A stretch of 64,000 bases of DNA from Perkinsela sp. CCAP 1560/9 (GCA_965644495.1 CBFFSA010000028.1:1-64000); one strand, 5' to 3'; shown: positions 1 to 11,114, counted from the stretch's first letter. Made by a program: numbers and translations. The notes: a model not told the origin generated them from the sequence alone.

Positions 1-3000
1 TCTTTCTTCCTCTTTCTTCCTCTTTCTTCCTCTCTTTCTTCCTCTTTCTTCCTCTTTCTTCCTCTTTCTTCCTCTTTCTTCCTCTTTCTTCCTCTTTCTT
101 CCTCTTTCTTCCTCTTTCTTCCTCTTTCTTCCTCTTTCTTCCTCTTTCTTCCTCTTTCCTTCCTCTTTCTTCCTCTTTCTTCCTCTTTCTTCCTCTTTCT
201 TCCTCTTTCTTCCTCTTTCTTCCTCTTTCTCCTCTTTCTTCCTCTTTCTTCCTCTTTCTTCCTCTTTCTTCCTCTTCTTCCTCTTTCTTCCTCTTTCTTC
301 CTCTTTCTTCCTCTTTCTTCCTCTTTCTTCCTCTTTCTTCCTCTTTCTTCCTCTTTCTTCCTCTTTCTTCCTCTTTCTTCCTCTTTCTTCCTCTTTCTTC
401 CTCTTTCTTCCTCTTTCTTCCTCTTTCTTCCTCTTTCTTCCTCTTTCTTCCTCTTTCTTCCTCTTTCTTCCTCTTTCTTCCTCTTTCTTCCTCTTTCTTC
501 CTCTTTCTTCCTCTTTCTTCCTCTTTCTTCCTCTTTCTTCCTCTTTCTTCCTCTTTCTTCCTCTTTCTTCCTCTTTCTTCCTCTTTCTTCCTCTTTCTTC
601 CTCTTTCTTCCTCTTTCTTCCTCTTTCTTCCTCTTTCTTCCTCTTTCTTCCTCTTTCTTCCTCTTTCTTCCTCTTTCTTCCTCTTTCTTCCTCTTTCTTC
701 CTCTTTCTTCCTCTTTCTTCCTCTTTCTTCCTCTTTCTTCCTCTTTCTTCCTCTTTCTTCCTCTTTCTTCCTCTTTCTTCCTCTTTCTTCCTCTTTTCTT
801 CCTCTTTCTTCCTCTTTCTTCCTCTTTCTTCCTCTTTCTTCCTCTTTCTTCCTCTTTCTTCCTCTTTCTTCCTCTTTCTTCCTCTTTCTTTCCTCTTTCT
901 TCCTCTTTCTTCCTCTTTCTTCCTCTTTCTTCCTCTTTCTTCCTCTTTCTTCCTCTTTCTTCCTCTTTCTTCCTCTTTCTTCCTCTTTCTTCCTCTTTCT
1001 TCCTCTTCTCTTTCTTCCTCTTTCTTCCTCTTTCTTCCTCTTTCTTCCTCTTTCTTCCTCTTTCTTCCTCTTTCTTCCTCTTTCTTCCTCTTTCTTCCTC
1101 TTTCTTCCTCTTTCTTCCTCTTTCTTCCTCTTTCTTCCTCTTTCTTCCTCTTTCTTCCTCTTTCTTCCTCTTTCTTCCTCTTCTTTCTTCCTCTTTCTTC
1201 CTCTTTCTCCTCTTTCTTCCTCTTTCTTCCTCTTTCTTCCTCTTTCTTCCTCTTTCTTCCTCTTTCTTCCTCTTTCTTCCTCTTTCTTCCTCTTTCTTCC
1301 TCTTTCTTCCTCTTTCTTCCTCTTTCTTCCTCTTTCTTCCTCTTTCTTCCTCTTTCTTCCTCTTTCTTCCTCTTTCTTCCTCTTTCTTCCTTCTTTCTTC
1401 CTCTTTCTTCCTCTTTCTTCCTCTTTCTTCCTCTTTCTTCCTCTTTCTTCCTCTTTCTTCCTCTTTCTTCCTCTTTCTTCCTCTTTCTTCCTCTTTCTTC
1501 TCTTCTTCTCTTCTTCCTCTTTCTTCCTCTTTCTTCCTCTTTCTTCCTCTTTCTTCCTCTTTCTTCCTCTTTCTTCCTCTTTCTTCCTCTTTCTTCTCTT
1601 TCTTCCTCTTTCTTCCTCTTTCTTCCTCTTTCTTCCTCTTTCTTCCTCTTTCTTCCTCTTTCTTCCTCTTTCTTCCTCTTTCTTCCTCTTTCTTCCTCTT
1701 TCTTCCTCTTTCTTCCTCTTTCTTCCTCTTTCTTCCTCTTTCTTCCTCTTTCTTCCTCTTTCTTCCTCTTTCTTCCTCTTTCTTCCTCTTTCTTCCTCTT
1801 TCTTCCTCTTTCTTCCTCTTTCTTCCTCTTTCTTCCTCTTTCTTCCTCTTTCTTCCTCTTTCTTCCTCTTTCTTCCTCTTTCTTCCTCTTTCTTCCTCTT
1901 TCTTCCTCTTTCTTCCTCTTTCTTCCTCTTTCTTCCTCTTTCTTCCTCTTTCTTCCTCTTTCTTCCCTTCTTCCTCTTTTCCTCTTTCTTCCTCTTTCTT
2001 CCTCTTTCTTCCTCTTTCTTCCTCTTTCTTCCTCTTTCTTCCTCTTTCTTCCTCTTTCTTCCTCTTTCTTCCTCTTTCTTCCTCTTTCTTCCTCTTTCTT
2101 CCTCTTTCTTCCTCTTTCTTCCTCTTTCTTCCTCTTCTCCCTTTCTCCTCTTTCTCCTCTTTCTTCCTCTTTCTTCCTCTTTCATCCTCTTTCTTCCTCT
2201 TTCTTCCTCTTTCTTCCTCTTTCTTCCTCTTTCTTCCTCTTTCTTCCTCTTTCTTCCTCTTTCTTCTCTTTCTTCCTCTTTCTTCCTCTTTCTTCCTCTT
2301 TCTTCCTCTTTCTTCCTCTTTCTTCCTCTTTCTTCCTCTTTCTTCCTCTTTCTTCCTCTTTCTTCCTCTTTCTTCCTCTTTCTTCCTCTTTCTTCCTCTT
2401 TCTTCCTCTTTCTTCCTCTTTCTTCCTCTTTCTTCCTCTTTCTTCCTCTTTCTTCCTCTTTCTTCCTCTTTCTTCCTCTTTCTTCCTCTTTCTTCCTCTT
2501 TCTTCCTCTTTCTTCCTCTTTCTTCCTCTTTCTTCCTCTTTCTTCCTCTTTCTCCTCTTTCTTCCTCTTTCTTCCTCTTTCTTCCTCTTTCTTCCTCTTT
2601 CTTCCTCTTTCTTCCTCTTTCTTCCTCTTTCTTCCTCTTTCTTCCTCTTTCTTCCTCTTTCTTCCTCTTTTCTTCCTCTTTCTTCCTCTTTCTTCCTCTT
2701 TCTTCCTCTTTCTTCCTCTTTCTTCCTCTTTCTTCCCTCTTTCTTCCTCTTTCTTCCTCTTTCTTCCTCTTTCACTTCTTCCTTTCTTCCTCTTTCTTCC
2801 TCTTTCTTCCTCTTTCTTCCTCTTTCTTCCTCTTTCTTCCTCTTTTTCCTCTTTCTTCCTCTTTCTTCCTCTTTCTTCCTCTTTCTTCCTCTCTCTCTCT
2901 CTCTTTCTTCCTCTTTCTTCCTCTTTCTCCTCTTTCTCCTCTTTCTTCCTCTTTCTTCCTCTTTCTTCCTCTTTCTTCCTCTTTCTTCCTCTTTCTTCCT

Positions 3001-3484
3001 CTTTCTTCCTCTTTCTTCCTCTTTCTTCCTCTTTCTCTCTTTCTTCCTCTTTCTTCCTCTTTCTTCCTCTTTCTTCCTCTTTCTTCCTCTTTCTTCCTCT
3101 TTCTTCCTCTTTCTTCCTCTTTCTTCCTCTTTCTTCCTCTTTCTTCCTCTTTCTTCCTCTTTCTTCCTCTTTCTTCCTCTTTCTTCCTCTTTCTTCCTCT
3201 TTCTTCCTCTTTCTTCCTCTTTCTTCCTCTTTCTTCCTCTTTCTTCCTCTTTCTTCCTCTTTCTTCCTCTTTCTTCCTCTTTCTTCCTCTTTCTTCCTCT
3301 TTCTTCCTCTTTCTTCCTCTTTCTTCCTCTTTCTTCCTCTTTCTTCCTCTTTCTTCCTCTTTCTTCCTCTTTCTTCCTCTTTCTTCCTCTTTCTTCCTCT
3401 TTCTTCCTCTTTCTTCCTCTTTCTTCCTCTTTCTTCCTCTTTCTTCCTCTTTCTTCCTCTTTCTTCCTCTTTCTTCCTCTTTCC
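1..3484. repeat. Tandem array of the 10-mer (TCTTTCTTCC)n / (GGAAGAAAGA)n; candidate telomeric array or satellite
   Basis: Near-perfect 10-bp periodicity from base 1 to ~3484 with scattered slippage variants; the array is open at the window edge. Confidence 0.95.
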
Positions 3485-3487
3485 TTT

Positions 3488-3630
3488 CAGGGACTGACCT
3501 GAACAACTGCCGCCCTGAGCATGTCTTCTCATGAATTCCCTTGTTTTCCGGATTCACAGCCACTTTACATGTGGCGCACTTCCAGGAACTGAAGGCCCTA
3601 GGTTCACGTTCGCAAGGTATCCCTGACTTT
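3488..3630 (-). pseudogene. Fragment of a lineage-2 RLE element (Zn-finger/RLE region) truncated by the repeat array
   Basis: Minus strand reads KSGIPCEREPRAFSSWKCATCKVAVNPENKGIHEKTCSGRQLFRSVPE, matching KAGLPCEKEPRAFSSWKCLTC...RSGPD in the 34265 ORF. Confidence 0.85.
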
Positions 3631-3677
3631 TGACTTAGGTCAAAAGGGGGTTTTTTTTACCTTTTTTTTTACCTTTC

Positions 3678-4330
3678 ATGGGAGTGTTCACACGCTCCAA
3701 AGCAAAAGATTCAGGAGTAGCTCCTGAGATTTTGCCACTCCCTCCTGCCCGGCGGAAAAAGAAGGCCGCGATGCCAACTCCTCCTCCGCCCGCCGTGCCA
3801 ATATCCGCCACCTCCGCATTATCGCCACCACCGCGTGCGCCTTCATTCCCTTCCGCAACGTCGTCCGCCCAAGAAACAGTCAGGAATGGAACACCGCCGT
3901 CATGCCCTCGGCCACCCCCTTCGTTACCGACACCGCTTTCTCCCCCTACATTGCTTTCTTTGCCGACCATCCCACATCCGGAAGCAACACTGTCGCAACC
4001 TCAATCGCACACAAATTCATCTGAATCCCCGCTGTGTCATTCCACCATTTCATCGCGAAAGATTACAATTAGCACATCAACGCGCGATCTTATCAATTTG
4101 CGTCCAGCACGGAAAATAGTCAATGAGCAGTACAATGAAATGCCACAGGTACAAAAACGATAATCAGGAAACTAGTGATCAAAATACAGTCAAAAGATCT
4201 AGGAATTCACCGCGCAACATGACTTCAACTGTATTAAACACAAAAAAGCATAAAAATAAAGATTCTGTCCCCGAGCCTTCACGGACAGTCAGCCCAAATA
4301 CAATTATATTAGAAAAAGCGCGTTCGAATC
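3678..4330 (+). pseudogene. 5' fragment of a lineage-2 RLE element (Pro-rich N-terminus), disrupted
   Basis: MGVFTRSKAKDSGVAPEILPLPPARRKKK matches the N-termini at 11223, 34265 and 63388; no RT follows. Confidence 0.8.
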
Positions 4331-5246
4331 ATTTTTTTTTTTTTTGGGGGGGGAACGCGGAACAATCTTGGATCTTCTTTTTTAGAAGGCCACAGTCTGA
4401 GGTGGCCAGAAAAAAAACGATGGTCTTCCCACTTGGGGATTAGCATCCCACACGGGAAAAAAGCAGAAAAGGCCGGATTAAAACTCAAATCAGAATTTTG
4501 AGGTGTAGCATACTTCTTATTCTACATATAAATGCTTCAATTACTTTCACAAGTTCTCATTATCGTATGATGATGATGTATATTTATACGAAGATTTTTT
4601 TTTTTGGGTGTGCACTCCCCTAGGCCCACCGGAAGCCTACCCACTTTTCATATGGATTTTCATCATATAAAAATCCATTTCTAAAGAAAATACCTTTCTT
4701 TCTTAAGAAAAAAGGAAATTTGTCCATTTAATAGCCCTCAGAGTTTAGTGTCCTGTATCTGTGCCCATGTTGTCGTTGTTGGGTCCTGTATTTGTGCCCA
4801 TGTTGAATAATACGAGATAGACTTGACTTTGGAGACTAGAAGATTATTTGGCTTCAAAGGCTTATGCCACCTAGCCATTTTTCACCCTGTATGTGGTTCC
4901 GCAATAGCGATACGATAGTGTAAGCCGCAAACTTTTCATTTTCCAATTGAAAAGCTTCACGTATAACTTTTGGGTCAGAATCCGCTCGTTTTGCAAGGGC
5001 TTTGATCAAGACCTTGGTATCTTCATGTAACATTCCACAATCCGTTAAAGCGATGCAACGAAAATACTAAAAGTTTACGAAAAGAATTGTACAATGGAAA
5101 TTTTGATTTCTGAGAATTATATTTACGTTAGTTGGCCGACGGGCATTGTACGTTTGTTATTCATAAACTAGTTTATATAGTGACACAAAGCATTATACAG
5201 TGAACTGGTAATAGAGCGCGTTTTTATCCTTTGAAACTTTTCTTTT

Positions 5247-6074
5247 ATGAAACGCCCGTCCATTAATCGCCAGTGTTCCTCGAGTCACATACACGCGTAT
5301 AGATCCAGGAACGAACATCTCGCATATAATACCCGCCAAACGCGGCAGAAGCAAAGCAGTCAAATACAAGAGGATACATCCAGGGGATCAAAGGGAGAGT
5401 GTAGCGAAGAGAACGCGAGTGATACAAGGGGGTGTAAAAAATGTGAAAGACTCGAATGGAAGATCAATTGCTTGTGGAAATTTGTACCAGGGAACATTGA
5501 GCCTGGAATGCAGGAGTGTGGCTCGGAAAAATCTTTTGAGTCTGTTGATGGGGGTAAGCAGGATTACTCCCGAGGTACGCGTGGCATTGGACGCGATGTC
5601 CGGAATGTGGAGCTCGTCGACGTGGGAGACACGAGCAAGGTTGTGGGAAAGGTTCCTGGTATATTGCACCGGGAATCATATAAGACAGACACCCCTTCAC
5701 GCAGTGACGTTCGTGCAACTTCTGCCAGTGTCAATACAAACCAAGGTGTCCTACGGAAGGGCGCTAATGACCTTATTCAACCTGATCGGATTAAATACTG
5801 TCCCAATAAAATTCTTTTGCAAAGCTCTTCAGGCACAAGGAGCAGAGGAGCCAGTACATCAGATGCAGCCGTTGACACCATTCCTACTGAACAAGATACG
5901 AAGAAGGTGCACCCAATCCGAAAGTCAAACATTGCTGATGTGCTGGAAGGCAGCATCCCGTTGGTCCGAAACCGCCAATTTGACCAAGGACAAATTCGTG
6001 GAAATATCACCGCAAAAGGTTGTAATTGCTTGGGGAAGGGGGACAAAGGCTACAAGGTGCAACCCGTGGCGTGA
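5247..6074 (+). CDS. ORF1 of the YR element, overlapping the YR ORF in another frame; gag-position ORF of unknown function
   Basis: ATG 6 nt after repeat A1; 275 codons open; no recognisable motif. Confidence 0.35.
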   Translation: MKRPSINRQCSSSHIHAYRSRNEHLAYNTRQTRQKQSSQIQEDTSRGSKGECSEENASDTRGCKKCERLEWKINCLWKFVPGNIEPGMQECGSEKSFESVDGGKQDYSRGTRGIGRDVRNVELVDVGDTSKVVGKVPGILHRESYKTDTPSRSDVRATSASVNTNQGVLRKGANDLIQPDRIKYCPNKILLQSSSGTRSRGASTSDAAVDTIPTEQDTKKVHPIRKSNIADVLEGSIPLVRNRQFDQGQIRGNITAKGCNCLGKGDKGYKVQPVA

Positions 6075-6414
6075 ATCGATGTACACAGTCATCCAGGGCC
6101 AGGGAACAATCGAATTGGCTCAATACGTACGTACGCTCAGGTCATGGGATCGAATGTGCCGGACAAATGTGAGAGAGATGGACAGGAACATAAAGAGGGT
6201 TCTGGGAGAGGGTTTCGGCACACATTCCGCCAAGAGAGGAGCGGTAACGCAATTATTCCAGGAAGTTGTCAAGGGGACAGTGGGAATCGAAGATGTGAAA
6301 AAATTAGCGAAGCACCAGCAGATCGAGTCCCTGTTGCGTTACAATTCAAACCCAGTTACCACCGCGCTAGCTCTAGGAACGGGGAAGGCGACAGCCAAAC
6401 TGAGGACGCTTTAG
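5419..6414 (+). CDS. Tyrosine recombinase of the YR retrotransposon
   Basis: Catalytic residues in order: AASR, HSAKRG, AKH, LRY. Start codon uncertain. Confidence 0.85.
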   Translation: MIQGGVKNVKDSNGRSIACGNLYQGTLSLECRSVARKNLLSLLMGVSRITPEVRVALDAMSGMWSSSTWETRARLWERFLVYCTGNHIRQTPLHAVTFVQLLPVSIQTKVSYGRALMTLFNLIGLNTVPIKFFCKALQAQGAEEPVHQMQPLTPFLLNKIRRRCTQSESQTLLMCWKAASRWSETANLTKDKFVEISPQKVVIAWGRGTKATRCNPWRESMYTVIQGQGTIELAQYVRTLRSWDRMCRTNVREMDRNIKRVLGEGFGTHSAKRGAVTQLFQEVVKGTVGIEDVKKLAKHQQIESLLRYNSNPVTTALALGTGKATAKLRTL

Positions 6415-6416
6415 CA

Positions 6417-8063
6417 ATGAAGGAGTTATTTCGAGAATATTTGCGGGACATGCCGCAGGAAAAGCATCGATACACGATTGTACGTACCAGACGTACGACA
6501 AAATTGGCCACGGAAGAAGATTTAAAGCTACCACTGCACGTAAAGAAAATTCCCAAAATGGATGTCAATGAAATTGAGAACATGATGAATGGAAGTACAA
6601 GAAACCGGTTTAGAGAAACGTTGAATACTTTGTTGGATCGGAGGAAGAAACCCGATAGTGAGCCAAAGGTAAATCCACGATTGAACATGGAAGATATTAG
6701 TCATTTGCTAGACGCACGTATTGTTTCGCGTGTTTCCCCTGAGGAGGAGAACAAAAGACCATCCAATCAATGGGTGATACCGTTCACAGTAGTTGAGCCT
6801 GCGGACGATAAAGGGGAAACGGAGAGGCGGCGCTTCATAGCCTGGACGAAAGAGGATAATGAGCAAATTAAGAACGAGTACATGCCTCACGTCCCGTTAA
6901 AACACGCGGCTTATTATCTCCATCGAGCGCAGGAAGCTTTTGGTGTGAAGCGTGACCTGACATGTGGATTTTATCAAGTACCGATTCCGGTAGCAAGTAG
7001 AACAAAATTTCGATTTCGAGCAGTAAACGGTGAGTTGTTTGAACTTAATGTGATGCCAATGTGGCACCGGTGCGCCCCGGAACTGATGCACACCATTACA
7101 TCCACAATCGCAGGAGATCCGGAGTATTGCAGAGCCGAGACGGCGTATACAGAACAGTTTAAGGTCGATGTATATGTGGATGGATTGAGAAGTGCAGGTT
7201 CACTAGACCAAGTTCAGCAGTATACGGAATTTGTGGAAACTCGCGCGGAGAAAGTTAACGCCACGTTTAAGGATAAAGAAAAGGAGCCCATGAAGCAGTA
7301 TGTTTTTAATGGCGTGGAATACAGCCATACCGAAGGTAAGGTAAGAATGGGACCGAGGATCGTGAAAAAGATGCAAGGCGATACTTTTCGGAATGCAACG
7401 TACGGAAAACTAGAATCAGCTGTGGGTAGATTAGTCCATGCATCAGCAGTACTGGGAGAACCCGTTGCCAATTACCACTTCACCTTAAAATTAGTGCGGC
7501 GCCGTATAAATGCGTTAAACAATGATCCGACATTATTGGATGTGAAGGTTCATCTTCCCCCCAATGTAACCATGGACTTGACGCGATGGAAGAAAAAGTT
7601 GATTTCAAACATATTCGTGGCGCCGCCGCCTCATCCCGACACTGTACCACATAGCCACGTTTTGTATACGGACGCTTCGTCAAAAGGTTGGGGAGGAATA
7701 ATATATTTGGACCACGGTTCCGTGATATGTGTGGGAGGTCGCTGGGAAGATGATTTCGATTATGAAGTCAATCGAGCGGAGACGAGGGCCGTTCGTCTCG
7801 CGTTCGAGAAATTGTCGCACCATTTTCAACGAGGTACCTGCGTAGACCTATTTATTGATAATACATCATGCTTAGCTTCCATATGCAAAAAATCGACCAA
7901 ATCGGATGGAATAAATATCGAATTGATAGGTTTACTTAAGTTTTTAAAGAGACAGGGTATAATAGTACAGCCGCATTACATTCCGTCAAAACTGAACCCT
8001 GCGGATCCAATAAGCCGAGGAGGATGGGATTGCGACAATGTGGCGAAAGGGGTGAAAGATTGA
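6417..8063 (+). CDS. Reverse transcriptase-RNase H (DIRS/VIPER type)
   Basis: RT: DLTCGFYQ, MPM, YVDG. RNase H: YTDAS, NRAETRA, FIDN, NPADPISR. The ATG follows the YR stop by 2 nt; the frame is open from 6144. Confidence 0.9.
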   Translation: MKELFREYLRDMPQEKHRYTIVRTRRTTKLATEEDLKLPLHVKKIPKMDVNEIENMMNGSTRNRFRETLNTLLDRRKKPDSEPKVNPRLNMEDISHLLDARIVSRVSPEEENKRPSNQWVIPFTVVEPADDKGETERRRFIAWTKEDNEQIKNEYMPHVPLKHAAYYLHRAQEAFGVKRDLTCGFYQVPIPVASRTKFRFRAVNGELFELNVMPMWHRCAPELMHTITSTIAGDPEYCRAETAYTEQFKVDVYVDGLRSAGSLDQVQQYTEFVETRAEKVNATFKDKEKEPMKQYVFNGVEYSHTEGKVRMGPRIVKKMQGDTFRNATYGKLESAVGRLVHASAVLGEPVANYHFTLKLVRRRINALNNDPTLLDVKVHLPPNVTMDLTRWKKKLISNIFVAPPPHPDTVPHSHVLYTDASSKGWGGIIYLDHGSVICVGGRWEDDFDYEVNRAETRAVRLAFEKLSHHFQRGTCVDLFIDNTSCLASICKKSTKSDGINIELIGLLKFLKRQGIIVQPHYIPSKLNPADPISRGGWDCDNVAKGVKD

Positions 8064-8262
8064 CTGGCGAAAGGGTGGTCCCCGCGTGGACACCCGTTCG
8101 AGAAAGGGAGGGAAGGGAGTTCTCTCCAGGAAAAAGTTCATGAGGTATATAAAATAGATTTGATACTTACTTCGCGAAGTTGATATTACAGTACTGGTGA
8201 AGATAATGTCATTTACTCTGTTGTCCATGATGGATGTTATATTTCGGTAGCTCTGTAGTTCT

Positions 8263-8841
8263 TTTGATGTTCATGCGCTCGTTGGCGCAGAGATACAGCC
8301 CTTGATGCGACAGCCGATATCATCGGCACAATCCGTATTGACGGATGTCGCACCAAGGTGGTTTAGCTCGGACTCTGTCGGTAGAGGGGGTCCAGGCAAC
8401 TCGCCCTCTCTTTACGCAGCCGGAGGGGCGCACTGCAACCGACTCGGCCCAGTCGGTAGAGGTGGTCCAGGCAACTCACCACCTCTTTACGCAGCCGGAG
8501 GGGCGCACTGCAACCGACCGCTGCCTCGCGATAAGACGAGGCAGAGCCACGCCCAGTGGTCCTCAAGGGAGGCCACCATGGCGCATGGCTCCCCGGGAAG
8601 AAAAGGGCGCGAAAGGAAGAAAGCCGGGGAGGGAAGAAAACCCACTCAAGGAGTGAGCCGGGGAGGGGTGATGGGGTGGAAGCGCGTCCCCTACTTCGCC
8701 GAGAAAGAGGGACAGTTTCGGCCTTAGTGCCGGCCGGCAACGGGCATATAAAACAGTAAGATTATGCCCGTTGCCGGGGAAAGAAAAGATGAACTAAAGG
8801 GAAAATGTACCAAAAAGGTACAGAAACTGTATCTTTATTTT
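8263..8841 (-). other. SL-headed, GC-rich structured insertion inside repeat B1
   Basis: Absent from B2. Minus strand begins with the SL variant ATAAAGATACAGTTTCTGTACCTTTTTG (8811-8838). Contains a perfect 15-bp inverted repeat (8734-8748/8763-8777) and a ~75-bp tandem duplication (~8377-8518). Confidence 0.75.
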
Positions 8842-11114
8842 AGATTAAACATTACAGTTTACATACGCTTACTATATCTGATTGACTATATGTTTTTCTT
8901 CCGGAAGTGCAATTCTAAAAGTTTACGAAAAGAATTGTACAATGGAAATTTTGATTTCTGAGAATTATATTTACGTTAGTTGGCCGACGGGCATTGTACG
9001 TTTGTTATTCATAAACTAGTTTATATAGTGACACAAAGCATTATACAGTGAACTGGTAATAGAGCGCGTTTTTATCCTTTGAAACTTTTTGCCCCACCCA
9101 CCAACCCGCAAACCACTCCCCGCGTGGACACCCGTTCGAGAAAGGGAGGGAAGGGAGTTCTCTCCAGGAAAAAGTTCATGAGGTATATAAAATAGATTTG
9201 ATACTTACTTCGCGAAGTTGATATTACAGTACTGGTGAAGATAATGTCTTTTACTCTGTTGTCCATGATGGATGTTATATTTCGGTAGCTCTGTAGTTCT
9301 ACAGATTAAACATTACAGTTTACATACGCTTACTATATCTGATTGACTATATGTTTTTCTTCCGGAAGTGCAATTCTCTGGTTCTAATCCCTTCTCTACA
9401 ACGTATTTCCGATGTTTTCTTTCTACGGCACTCTCTAACAGGGCTTTGCTGGTCTGTTTCTGGTAACTGCTGCATAGTGTGTGGACAACTGTGACATCAT
9501 ATAGAACTTCTCCAATATCTGGCCACATTATCGCCAGATCTGGGCCAGATCGTATACGACGAGCTCGGCATGGGTGCCTCTCTGCTGCTTCTGGTGATAT
9601 GGAGCACTTGCACTTTGTGCAGAAAAACGAGGAATACAGACGCGGTTCCACGGCACATGGTAGGCCTGCTTTCCCACACAGATTTGATAGGTATCTCACA
9701 ATATGTGAGTGCTTTCTTGTGCAATTCATTCCGGCACATTTCGAGCATCCGGCGACATGAGGAATTATACCAATCGGCGATTCACTGATCCCACAGCCTG
9801 GGCAAGAGATTGTACTTGAAGCATTAGGCAGTCCAATAGCTAATCTCATCTTGAGTGTTTGCTGAAATAAGTACGGGTTTACATAATTGTTTGTCGAGAG
9901 TAGATGATAATTCGCTTCTTTGGAACGTTTTATAACTCCACTGAAACGAGGATTCGATTTCAGCTCCGCTGCTAGCTTTTCGTGCTCAGTATTTGCCATT
10001 TTTTTCATTGCAGTACGTGCGCATTGTGATCCCGTTGTCCTCATACCTTTTCGTTGCTTCTCAAGTTTTTCTACCGGAGCTTCATGTGGTTTGAATTGCT
10101 CATCGATAGATTGACGAGAAGCGTCAAAGAGGTAACGATGTTTTAGGATTGTTGAGGTTATTCCCAGTCCTCCCATTTTGCATGGCAAAGAAGCGAGTGT
10201 TAGAGCATCTTCGTCAGCGTCACACCATTTCACTAAGACCTGCCGGATCTCCTTATCGAATTCCTGTGCTAGAAGAAGGGAAGCTCCCGGTTTGTGTACT
10301 CGCAAGTGATAATCATGACGTGGTAATGTACAGCGTTTGAGAATTGCTAGTGAGAGATTGCTTGGGCCCATGCGACTGAGTCTTCGAAACAAACAGTTGT
10401 GTTTTTCTAATTTTTCAAGGAGCATGCGTTCTACTGCTTTGTTACTCCCTATGTATCCTCCAAGTACTTTGATTGTGTCAACGCAGTCTTGAACCCCTAG
10501 TTCTCGGAGTGTCGAACCTTTGAAGTGCTGTGCCTTAGACCCTTGAAAAATTTCGCATTTCCGGAAGTTTATTTCCAAGTTCAAGTCGTTCGTAAGCTCT
10601 TTAAAGTGCTGAAACGCAACCTCGAGAGAAGCTTCATTTTTGGAGCTCATCGTGACGTCGTCCTGGTATGCTCTTATAGTAACTTCGGGGTATGCTTCTG
10701 CTACTTCCTTCAACGCTCCATGCAGCACAGTGCAGAAATAAACTGATGATAGCGCTGACCCTTGTCGAACTCCTGAAGAGCTTTGGATGACAGAATGTAG
10801 GGAGTTATTTGCAAAGAAGAGAAGTTCCGTTGGCTGACCATATTCCAAGTAAAACATTCGCATGAAGTGCTTGAAAATGGGATACTGTGTCAAAGCTTTT
10901 TCTATCGCTGTGCGGTGAGGTGTGTTATACGCATTTTTGAAATCGATGGTGAGGACAGTATTCCCTGCTTCGTATTCTGAAAGTAACTCATGGACAATTG
11001 ATTCGCAGGCATTTTTCTGTAGAATTCCGCGTTGGATTGGCTGAAAAAGCGACTTCAAAGCACTTTCATGACGCTGGAGAAGGATCGACCCACAAATTTT
11101 AAGTACAAATTTTA

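Larger units (their letters stand above)
5063..9377 (+). mobile_element. VIPER/TATE-like tyrosine-recombinase retrotransposon with split direct repeats A1-ORFs-B1-A2-B2
   Basis: A1 5067-5241 = A2 8915-9089; B1 (8079-8262 + 8842-8916) = B2 (9117-9377). The YR ORF precedes RT-RNase H, as in kinetoplastid VIPER/TATE. Confidence 0.9.
4595..11100 (-). mobile_element. 5'-truncated lineage-2 RLE retrotransposon interrupted by the YR element
   Basis: ORF 9313..11058 has RT (DFKNAYN, RQGSALS, YQDD), a CPGC knuckle and RSGPD..YD. Its true C-terminus (FRCIALTDCGMLH...WLGGISL*) lies at ~4857-5064 on the minus strand; T-tract at ~4595-4605. Confidence 0.85.

Noticed and set aside
2182-3563. Lys/Glu/Arg-rich ORFs on the minus strand
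   Set aside because: Translations of the stop-free 10-mer repeat.
8700-8712. CCUCUUUCU in the SL-headed RNA as a telomerase template for the terminal repeat (trypanosome TER is trans-spliced)
   Set aside because: Only 9 nt match, less than one 10-nt unit; a template needs more than one unit.
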